Source of the DNA: an uncultured Bacilli bacterium
Lineage (GTDB): Bacteria; Bacillota_I; Bacilli_A; RF39; UBA660
NCBI GenBank assembly: GCA_947629235.1
Contig: CANRCX010000005.1
Span: 1 to 62,938 of the forward strand
Reading direction: 5' to 3'
DNA length: 62,938 nucleotides
Shown here: one piece after another, positions 18,654 to 26,834 of the stretch
Layout of the letters: each line of letters opens with the position of its first letter
Position numbering within the stretch: the first letter of the stretch is position 1
Program-made: the position numbers and the translations under genes
The notes under the pieces: model-generated
What the model was told of the DNA's origin: nothing
Seen by the model: the letters and a program-made list of their open reading frames with translations, nothing else
Database searches by the model: none

Positions 18654-19388
18654 ATGGATTTAAATAAAATAGGTAAGTTTATTGCAGAGAAGAGAAAAGA
18701 AAAAAATTTAACACAGGAACAATTAGGTAATCTGCTACTTGTTGATAGAAGAACAATATCAAAATGGGAAAATGGAATATATGCTCCTGATATTTCACTT
18801 TTAGAAACTTTAGCTTCATCATTAGATGTTTCTGTAAATGAATTATTACATGGAGAAAAAGAATTTAAAAACAAAAAAGATATAGATAATTCAAATTTTA
18901 TTGAAACAATAAAATATTATAATAAAAATTATAATAAAAAAATTCAAAAGTATTTTGTGTTAATATTATTAGTATTATTTACTTTTATGATTGTATATGT
19001 AGGAATTAATAAATATTTTTCATACAAAATACAACATCTTTCAAATGTTACTGGAAATTATGAAGTGGATGGTATAATAGTTCATAATAATTTAAAAGAA
19101 ATAATATTTTTAAATCAAATTATATATAATGATGTTAATACTGGTACTGATTTAGAAAAAAAAGTAAGTGATTTAAAAATATCATTGTATTTGAATAATG
19201 CTTTATTAAATACACAAAATTTAGAATATTCTGAAAAGACATTTTTAAATGATGCAATAAATGATATTAAGTTTAGTTACATTGAAATTGAAACAAAAGA
19301 AAAGAAAAATAATTTTTATTTATTAGTAGAGTATACCGATGAAAAAGGTGATATTATTATAGATAAAATTATTTTAGATATTAGATAA
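18654..19388 (+). CDS. XRE-family HTH regulator with a TM helix and extracytoplasmic C-terminal domain
   Basis: KRKEKNLTQEQLGNLLLVDRRTISKWENG HTH and TM YFVLILLVLFTFMIVYVGI. The extended -10 TGaTAAAAT (18620-18628) overlaps ATG 18627, so 18654 is the likely start. Confidence 0.75.
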   Translation: MDLNKIGKFIAEKRKEKNLTQEQLGNLLLVDRRTISKWENGIYAPDISLLETLASSLDVSVNELLHGEKEFKNKKDIDNSNFIETIKYYNKNYNKKIQKYFVLILLVLFTFMIVYVGINKYFSYKIQHLSNVTGNYEVDGIIVHNNLKEIIFLNQIIYNDVNTGTDLEKKVSDLKISLYLNNALLNTQNLEYSEKTFLNDAINDIKFSYIEIETKEKKNNFYLLVEYTDEKGDIIIDKIILDIR

Positions 19389-19477
19389 TATCGTTTAATT
19401 CACGACACTATGCGTTCAATAAAATACATAAAATCAGAAAAATGGATATTATAATAATTTATTGAAAGGAGAAAATA

Positions 19478-20206
19478 ATGAAGAAAAATTACTTATTGAT
19501 AATTTCTACTATATTTATATTTATTCCTAATTTAGTGTTTGCTGATACAAATGAAAAGATAATATCAGAAGAAATAAAATATTTTAGAACAACTACAAAT
19601 TATTCAAATAATGATATTTTTTTATTGAACAGTGTTTTATCAAATTCTTATACAGAAGAAATTTCAGAAGAAGAATATCTTAATAGTGATTATTCTTTAA
19701 AAACTAGTGTAAGTGGAAGCGTTGAAAATACTTATAAAAAATTGGTTACGTCAATTATCCAAAATGGTTCAAAATATAAATATAAAGTACAATTAATTTG
19801 GAAAAGTTTGCCAAGTAAAAGAAGTTATGACATTATTGGAATTGGTCACTATTCAAATGTAAAAGTTAGTGGAAAACCAACTTTTCAATTAGTTTACGGA
19901 TCTAATTCAACTTCAAATGCTACAATAAAGAAAACAAGTACAGGTACAACAGCCACATTTAAATTACCTACAGGTTCGTTTAATAATTTGACAGCAACTT
20001 TATATTTCGATGTTGAAAAAAATACTAATAGTAATATTTTAACCCAAAAAGCATTTGGCGATTATTCACATGCAACGTCGACTATAAGTGAAAGTAATGC
20101 CAATAAACACACTATTAATACGTCTGGAATAAAGTTAGATACATCAATAATTAATAACTATGATGAAATTAATACTGCAGTTGCTACGTGGACAGGGAAT
20201 TGGTAA
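19478..20206 (+). CDS. secreted protein, function unknown
   Basis: Signal peptide MKKNYLLIISTIFIFIPNLVFA/DT; Ser/Thr/Asn-rich mature part. Confidence 0.6.
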   Translation: MKKNYLLIISTIFIFIPNLVFADTNEKIISEEIKYFRTTTNYSNNDIFLLNSVLSNSYTEEISEEEYLNSDYSLKTSVSGSVENTYKKLVTSIIQNGSKYKYKVQLIWKSLPSKRSYDIIGIGHYSNVKVSGKPTFQLVYGSNSTSNATIKKTSTGTTATFKLPTGSFNNLTATLYFDVEKNTNSNILTQKAFGDYSHATSTISESNANKHTINTSGIKLDTSIINNYDEINTAVATWTGNW

Positions 20207-20215
20207 AAATATATA

Positions 20216-20260
20216 AGTGTTTCAAAATTGATGTTTTTTGAAACACTCTTTTTCTCTTTT
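20216..20260 (+). terminator. intrinsic terminator
   Basis: 12-bp stem agtgtttcaaaa/ttttgaaacact plus T-rich tail. Confidence 0.75.
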
Positions 20261-20315
20261 TAAACGCTTAATTGCTCTTTTTGAAGTATATAATTATTAC
20301 TGATGGGATGTTATA

Positions 20316-20765
20316 TTGTTTTTAGAAAGGGGAATATATGAAAAAGAAAATTGCATTAATATCTTTAATTCATTGTTGTTAATACCTAATGTTACATTTG
20401 CAACAACATATACAAGTACTTTAACACTCCCATCAGGTAATCAAGTTGATGGTTCAACAAGAAAATATGAAAATGCAAATCATAAAATTACTATATCTGT
20501 AGATGGTGTTGAGACTACTCAATCACCTACAACAGTAATTATTACTTTAAATAAGAAAAATCTTATTGGTTCAACGCAACAAAAAAGAGTAAGTCAAGAT
20601 TTTACAGTTGGTAAGTCATTTACAACAGTTATGGGTAATTATGGTTCAGGTAAAAAATGGTATGGCTTTGGGTCACATTCTAAAGCATATTTAGGTAATG
20701 TTGGCGTTGGAACATGGTATTCTGGATTATATTCAAATAAAGTCACAATGGTAAGTTATGATTAA
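20316..20765 (+). CDS. small secreted beta-rich protein; signal peptide apparently split by a 1-nt frameshift
   Basis: SD-preceded ATG 20338 encodes MKKKIALISLIHCC*. The long ORF, in the adjacent frame, continues SLLLIPNVTFA/TTYTS... Confidence 0.5.
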   Translation: MFLERGIYEKENCINIFNSLLLIPNVTFATTYTSTLTLPSGNQVDGSTRKYENANHKITISVDGVETTQSPTTVIITLNKKNLIGSTQQKRVSQDFTVGKSFTTVMGNYGSGKKWYGFGSHSKAYLGNVGVGTWYSGLYSNKVTMVSYD

Positions 20766-20816
20766 TTAAACTAAAGGAAAGTATTTACTTTCCTTTAGCA
20801 ATTTTATGAGGAGAAT

Positions 20817-21491
20817 ATGGAAATAATTATAAGTAATTTAACAAAAAAATATTTTAAAAAAAATAAAAAAAATATAGTATTAGATAATATAAATGTAAAT
20901 TTTAAATATGGTAAATTATATATGATTATTGGGAAATCTGGAGCAGGTAAAACTTCTTTGCTAAAATGTATTTCTCAAATAACAAAAATAGATTATGGTA
21001 ACATAATGATAAAAAACATTGTTGTTAATAAATTAAATGATAAGGAATTATCTAATTTTAGAAATAATAATATTGGTTTTATATTTCAAAATTATAATTT
21101 GTTAGATTTTTTAACTGTTGAAGAAAATGTAATTTTACCTAGTTTAAAAAATAAAAAGTATTGTAATAAAAGTAAGAAAAGATTAGAAAACTTATTAGAA
21201 TATGTAGGTTTAAAAGATAAAAGTGAATATTTTCCCACTGAATTATCAGGTGGAGAGCAACAAAGAGTCGCAATAGCCAGAGCACTTATAAATGATCCTG
21301 ATATAATACTTGCAGATGAACCTACAGGAAATATAGATAATGAAAATAAAGATAATATAATAAAATTATTTAAAAAATTAACTCAAGAAAATAAGTGTAT
21401 TATTGTTGTTACACATGATAATGAAATATTAAAATATGCTGATGAAATTTATACCCTTAATAAAGGAAAGTTAGATAAGTATGACAAATAG
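20817..21491 (+). CDS. ABC transporter ATP-binding protein (MacB/LolD-like)
   Basis: GKSGAGKTS, LSGGEQQRVAIARAL, ILADEPTGNID. Confidence 0.85.
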   Translation: MEIIISNLTKKYFKKNKKNIVLDNINVNFKYGKLYMIIGKSGAGKTSLLKCISQITKIDYGNIMIKNIVVNKLNDKELSNFRNNNIGFIFQNYNLLDFLTVEENVILPSLKNKKYCNKSKKRLENLLEYVGLKDKSEYFPTELSGGEQQRVAIARALINDPDIILADEPTGNIDNENKDNIIKLFKKLTQENKCIIVVTHDNEILKYADEIYTLNKGKLDKYDK

Positions 21492-22677
21492 TGATAAAAT
21501 AAAATACTGTACAAAGTCAGGTAAAAAATATTATAAACAATTTATGATTTTTATTACTTTATTATCAATTTTGATTATTGGCATTTTTACTTTTAAAAAT
21601 GTACTCTTATCTTATTTATATAATGGTATAATGAAACAATATAATTATAATTATGCTTTTGTTACATATTCATCTATTGATAAAAAAGAAGATGTTATAA
21701 ATAATTTAAACAAAATTAATCATATAAAAGAAACATTTAATGATTATGAAAACGAAATAAGTATTTATTTAGAAAAAATTGATGATAAAGAGTATAAAGG
21801 GAGCTTTTATCTAGTTGGAAAGTCAAATCTTGACTTAAAAAAGATGTCTAAATATTATCAAAATAATAATGATATAATTTGCCCTGCTAATTTTTATTAT
21901 AGTGATGATATAGAGAAAAATAAATTTATAAAAAGAAGTGATGTGCTAAAATTATCTCGTGGAAATAGATTTAAAACATATTATTATAAAATATTAGATA
22001 AAAATGATAATAGCATAAAAACTAATTTGGAGCTAAATGTTATAGACATATTTTCAAATGGTAATTATGAAATAGATGAAAACATATGTTATGCATCTAG
22101 ATCTTTATTAACAGAAATTTTTAATAATGCTTATCCAATTGATTATTTTGGAAATCAAATTGATTCATTAATGATATCAATTGATAATTCTAAAAATCAT
22201 CAATATGTAAAAGAAAAAGTAGAAAGTTTAGGATATGATTTTTCAGATGTTTACTACATTGATTATTCATTTATAAATTCAATTAAAAAGCTATCTGTTC
22301 TGTTAATGATATTATCAATTTTCTTTGTAATTTTATTAATTATTAATATGAATAAAAAAAGATATTATGACAAAATTAAGGAGTTTAATATATTAAGAAC
22401 TATTGGATATTCAAATAAAGAAATAAAATCGATTTTAACATCAGATATTATAATTATACTCTCTAGTAGCATTATTATTTCTTTTGTAGTTATTATATTA
22501 TTAATATGTATAATAAAATTGATTATATATAATTATCCTTTTATTATAGGTAAACTAGTATTACCTTATAATTATAAATCACTAATTTTATTTTATTTAA
22601 TATATACTATAATCTTTATTGGAAGTTCAAAAATATATTATCTTAAGTTGTTAAAAGCACAGGATAAAATAAAATGA
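21481..22677 (+). CDS. FtsX-like ABC permease
   Basis: N-terminal TM, large extracytoplasmic domain, C-terminal FtsX-type TM bundle with FNILRTIGYSNKEIK; overlaps the ATPase gene. Confidence 0.65.
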   Translation: MTNSDKIKYCTKSGKKYYKQFMIFITLLSILIIGIFTFKNVLLSYLYNGIMKQYNYNYAFVTYSSIDKKEDVINNLNKINHIKETFNDYENEISIYLEKIDDKEYKGSFYLVGKSNLDLKKMSKYYQNNNDIICPANFYYSDDIEKNKFIKRSDVLKLSRGNRFKTYYYKILDKNDNSIKTNLELNVIDIFSNGNYEIDENICYASRSLLTEIFNNAYPIDYFGNQIDSLMISIDNSKNHQYVKEKVESLGYDFSDVYYIDYSFINSIKKLSVLLMILSIFFVILLIINMNKKRYYDKIKEFNILRTIGYSNKEIKSILTSDIIIILSSSIIISFVVIILLICIIKLIIYNYPFIIGKLVLPYNYKSLILFYLIYTIIFIGSSKIYYLKLLKAQDKIK

Positions 22678-23369
22678 TAGAAGCATGTATTAAATTTACT
22701 TTAAAAAATAAATACAATTATAATATATATCTGATAATTATATTTATTTTTCTATTTATGTCTGCATTAAATTATATATTTTGTTATTATGATTATAAAA
22801 ATAACCCAAATAATAGTTTTTATGCAAGAATGATAATATTAGTTTCTACTAATAAAATAAATTTACTTAACAATAAAGATTATTTTGAAAATTATAATTG
22901 TAATGAAATTGATGATGTAAATAATTGCTATATAAAATATATAAGAAAAAACGAAAAAAAAGTAATTGATTATTTAGAAAAAAATAATATTAATTACAAT
23001 TTGATATTTGAAAATATTTCTTTAAATAAACTAAAGGTAAGAAATATATTGTTTATGTCTATCGTATTTTTGGAAATAATATTAGCATATATTTATACAA
23101 CAATATTAAATATAATTAATATTAAAGATAGTGATAATTCTAAACTATTATATTATTTAGGATATAGTTTATATGAAATAAAATTGATTAGAATAGGTAC
23201 AATATTTATTATATTATCAATAGTTTTATTAATTAATTTGTTATTTATTACAATAATACATTTAAGTTTTAAATTGTTTAATCCTATATTTACTATAATT
23301 CCATATTTTGTTTTGCTTTTTTTAAATTTATTATATAATATTTTAAAAAGACAGGTAATTTTAAATTAA
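22674..23369 (+). CDS. second FtsX-like membrane protein
   Basis: ATGA overlap with the previous gene; LLYYLGYSLYEIK loop and C-terminal TM helices. Confidence 0.5.
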   Translation: MIEACIKFTLKNKYNYNIYLIIIFIFLFMSALNYIFCYYDYKNNPNNSFYARMIILVSTNKINLLNNKDYFENYNCNEIDDVNNCYIKYIRKNEKKVIDYLEKNNINYNLIFENISLNKLKVRNILFMSIVFLEIILAYIYTTILNIINIKDSDNSKLLYYLGYSLYEIKLIRIGTIFIILSIVLLINLLFITIIHLSFKLFNPIFTIIPYFVLLFLNLLYNILKRQVILN

Positions 23370-23422
23370 AATGATAACTATATTTTAAATCGTATTAAAG
23401 ACACCATATATGATTATAAAAG

Positions 23423-23454
23423 CACTTTAAAGCTCTGAATTTAAAGTGTTTTTT
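23423..23454 (+). terminator. intrinsic terminator
   Basis: cactttaaa...tttaaagtg plus T6. Confidence 0.65.
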
Positions 23455-23542
23455 CATTTTATAGATATGTACACAATATTAATAGAGAGTATTAAAAGTA
23501 AAAATATGGTATAATAATTATAAATTTAAGGAGTGGTATAAA

Positions 23543-23797
23543 ATGATGATTAGTCCTGCATCTTATATTGATACTCAAAAGAACAAAACATATAAAGAAT
23601 TATTAAGAGAACGAAATAAATTATTGAGTGATATTAATAATTTTGAAAATGGTAATATTAAAAAATCAAACATAATAGATCCAAGACCAGAAGTAATTTA
23701 TCAATGGAATTTGATGTATCTTGGAGAATTATGCAAACTTATTTCAAAAAAATATAACAAAGAGTATATAATGTTTGATGAAAGTCAAGATGAATAA
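23543..23797 (+). CDS. 84-aa hypothetical protein, first gene of the SWIM operon
   Basis: TGgTATAAT extended -10 and AAGGAG SD upstream; 2-nt gap to the SWIM gene. Confidence 0.5.
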   Translation: MMISPASYIDTQKNKTYKELLRERNKLLSDINNFENGNIKKSNIIDPRPEVIYQWNLMYLGELCKLISKKYNKEYIMFDESQDE

Positions 23798-23799
23798 GC

Positions 23800-24846
23800 A
23801 TGATTTATAAAAAAGAAGTATTGCCAGAAAAATATATTAGATTTGAGATTCTCCATTCTACTGATTTTGATAATTTATTTGAAAAAAGAATTAAAAGTAG
23901 AGGATTATTCTATTATACTAATGGCAATGTGAAAAATTTTACATTTAAAAATAACATATATTATGCAGATGTAAAAGGTTCAAAAGTATATAGAGTAAAA
24001 GTAAAAATAGATAATAATTCTTTAAAAGAAATTAGTTGTACTTGTCCTTATCATAATGATATCAATAAATATTGTAAACATATATATGCACTTTTATTGG
24101 CAGTTAAAATGCAAAATGAAAGAAAAGATATTATAATATGTATAAAAAATCATATAAATAATATATTAAGTTCAGTAAAAGAAATGAATAATATTATAGA
24201 GAAAAATAAAGATACATTATATCCTTATGAAATTGAATGGTTTAAAAAAAGAATTATAAATTATAAAGAAAAGATTAAATCTTTTAAAAAAGAATATGAA
24301 AAGTTAAAAGATTTTGAATTGTTTAAATTAGTAAGAGAGTTAAATTATTCTTTAAATATGTTATATGATGATTTGAATGAACTAGATACAAGATTAGAAA
24401 ATAACAAAAAAGAGTTAGAAAATGAAAAACAAAAAGATAAATCGCATATAGATACATTTACATACACTTTTGATGATAGCAAACTTTTTGATGCGATTGA
24501 TGACAAATTATCTGACATTGATTTAAAGACTTTATATCAAGTAAAAGAAAAATTAAATGAATCAAATGATGATACTGAACTAATAGATAAAGCAATAGTT
24601 AATAGAAAAAAGAAAGACAAGCAAATAAGAAAGCAAGAAAAAGAAGAAAATCGTTTGACTTTTGGACAAATACTATTGGGAACATTTTTAGGATTATCTA
24701 GTGGTAAGAAAAATAAAGTAGATAAACAAACAGATTATTTAATGCCATGGGAGAAGGAAAAAGTAAACAAAGGAAATTATGACGTTTGGAACTTTGAAGA
24801 AGAAGAACTTGAAGATGATGACTATTATAATGATGATTTAGATTGA
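23800..24846 (+). CDS. SWIM zinc-finger protein with coiled coil and acidic tail
   Basis: CTCPYHNDINKYCKHIYALL (CxCx(n)CxH SWIM signature). Confidence 0.7.
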   Translation: MIYKKEVLPEKYIRFEILHSTDFDNLFEKRIKSRGLFYYTNGNVKNFTFKNNIYYADVKGSKVYRVKVKIDNNSLKEISCTCPYHNDINKYCKHIYALLLAVKMQNERKDIIICIKNHINNILSSVKEMNNIIEKNKDTLYPYEIEWFKKRIINYKEKIKSFKKEYEKLKDFELFKLVRELNYSLNMLYDDLNELDTRLENNKKELENEKQKDKSHIDTFTYTFDDSKLFDAIDDKLSDIDLKTLYQVKEKLNESNDDTELIDKAIVNRKKKDKQIRKQEKEENRLTFGQILLGTFLGLSSGKKNKVDKQTDYLMPWEKEKVNKGNYDVWNFEEEELEDDDYYNDDLD

Positions 24847-25030
24847 TAAATAGAATGATGTTATGAATACTAAAAGCAAATAGTTACCAACTAAAGTAGA
24901 AGATATTGTTAATAGTGTAGCTTTTAATGATAAAACTGTAATTAAGAAAAATCTTGCATATAATATACAATAATTATATGTATTTAACAATATATTACAT
25001 TTATATTAAAATATAAAAAATTCAAAAAAG

Positions 25031-25116
25031 ATCAACAACTGATTTTGGATTGTCAGGTGTTACTCAGTCCAAATAGGTGAGAACACCTGACAATGTTGAT
25101 GTGGTGTTCTTTTTTA
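25031..25116 (+). promoter_or_regulatory. structured RNA element: 12-bp hairpin overlapping an alternative terminator hairpin
   Basis: Three pairings: ttgtcaggtgtt (25050-25061) with aacacctgacaa (25082-25093); outer atcaaca (25031-25037) with tgttgat (25094-25100); competing gaacacc (25081-25087) with ggtgttc (25103-25109) plus T7. Confidence 0.35.
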
Positions 25117-25185
25117 TTTTTATAAGATTAGAGATATGATAAAATAATACTATTAAGAAGAAAACTATAAAAGTAGGTGGTATAT

Positions 25186-26655
25186 ATGAAATTTAATATA
25201 GATGATGGAATATTACTAAGTGTTGAAGGATTAGAGAAGAACGTAAAAATACCAGGATGCGTTACAGAAATTAGTAAGAAAGTATTCAAAAATCATAAAG
25301 AAATTCAAAATATAGAGATTCCTAATAGTTTAAAAAAAATAGGTGCACAAGCATTTTATGATTGTGAGCAACTAACTACAATAAAATTACCAAAGGAATT
25401 AGAAGAAATTGGTAAAGAGGCATTTTCACATTGTGAAAGTTTAAGTTCAATAAATATTCCAAATAAAATAGAAAAAATAAGTGATTGTACATTTAAGGGA
25501 TGTACGAAACTAACAAAAATAAATTTTCTATCGAACTTAAAAGAAATTGGATTTTCAGCTTTTAGTGGTTGTATGAACTTAAAAGAAATCAATTTTCCAC
25601 CAAGTTTAAAACTTATAGGTATTAATGCTTTTACAGATTGTAATAAAATAAATATAACATTACCAAATAATTTAAATGAAATAAAATTTGCTCTTGATTT
25701 AGAAGAGATAGGAATAGATAATTTAGTTTTATCATCCAAAGATAAAAATCACATTATAAAATTTCAAGATAATAAAAAAGAAATTGTATTTAACTATACA
25801 TTATTTCCATTTAAAGAAAATATAAATTATTTAATAAAAACTTTAAATAATAAAAATGAGTACAAAATTTTCTATTTCCTTATAAAATTATGCATATTAT
25901 ATAGTCCGTTAGATGAATTAAGCAAAATGGTATCTTTACTAGATTCTATAATTTCTGTATCATATGCTAAAGAATCAAAAGAAATTAAAAAGTTAGTTTG
26001 TGAGTGCAGATATTTAGAAGATAATAAAGAAAATAATTATTTAAAATTTAAACAAATTGCCGATACATATCGTTATGATTATGACTACTCAGAATTAGAT
26101 AAATTATTATTAAAAAATACTAATATTTTGAATTGTACATCTTGTGGAAAACAATCACTTGTAATTAATAAAGATAAAAATATTTATATATGTTTTAATT
26201 GTAATAAGTATGGTAAAGTAACTGACCTTGATATCGTTAAAAAGACTAAAACAAATAAAAAACTTAAGTATTATGATGAAATATATAATGAGTTAAAAGA
26301 AAATAATTGTTTAAAAACTAAAGAATATGCATTATATGGTATAACATTTTATAAATTAAATAGTTACTTTATTGCACCAGATTTATATGAAGATGAAGAT
26401 ATATTGTATGAACTTATTAAAAATAATTCCTTTGATAATAGGAAAAATATATTTAATAAATTGCAAATATTAGAAAATGATAATTTTAAAAAAAGAATTC
26501 TTGAGTTAGATGAATACAATAAAAGATTCATCGATATGAATAAGAATAAAGATTATAACCCATTTGATGAATTTGCTGATGAAATTGAAATATTTGATGA
26601 TTTTTCATTTGATGACTTAGAATCCAATATATCAGATGATGAACTAATTTTTTAA
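25186..26655 (+). CDS. signal-less BspA-type leucine-rich-repeat protein with internal zinc ribbon and acidic tail
   Basis: Repeats of the IPNSLKKIGAQAFYDCEQLTTIKLP type (x5-6); CTSCGK...CFNCNKYG; AGGTGG SD before ATG 25186. Confidence 0.7.
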   Translation: MKFNIDDGILLSVEGLEKNVKIPGCVTEISKKVFKNHKEIQNIEIPNSLKKIGAQAFYDCEQLTTIKLPKELEEIGKEAFSHCESLSSINIPNKIEKISDCTFKGCTKLTKINFLSNLKEIGFSAFSGCMNLKEINFPPSLKLIGINAFTDCNKINITLPNNLNEIKFALDLEEIGIDNLVLSSKDKNHIIKFQDNKKEIVFNYTLFPFKENINYLIKTLNNKNEYKIFYFLIKLCILYSPLDELSKMVSLLDSIISVSYAKESKEIKKLVCECRYLEDNKENNYLKFKQIADTYRYDYDYSELDKLLLKNTNILNCTSCGKQSLVINKDKNIYICFNCNKYGKVTDLDIVKKTKTNKKLKYYDEIYNELKENNCLKTKEYALYGITFYKLNSYFIAPDLYEDEDILYELIKNNSFDNRKNIFNKLQILENDNFKKRILELDEYNKRFIDMNKNKDYNPFDEFADEIEIFDDFSFDDLESNISDDELIF

Positions 26656-26834
26656 TAAAAAAGGAAATATTATCAATAAATTTATATAAATTATTATCAA
26701 AAAACATTTATAGATAGTCAAGTAAGCTATCTTTTTTTAATGTTTAGATATTTTAAAATGAAATTAACTTAAAGCAATAGGAAAAATATAAAATTATGAT
26801 ATAATTATAAATGTGAGTGAGTAAGAGGTAGTAA

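Noticed and set aside
24880-24975. Coding-looking frame (LPTKVEDIVNSVAFNDKTVIKKNLAYNIQ*) in the SWIM-LRR spacer, possibly a remnant of an LRR gene
   Set aside because: Only about 30 codons, no start codon, a stop immediately upstream in the same frame, and only vague similarity to the LRR consensus.
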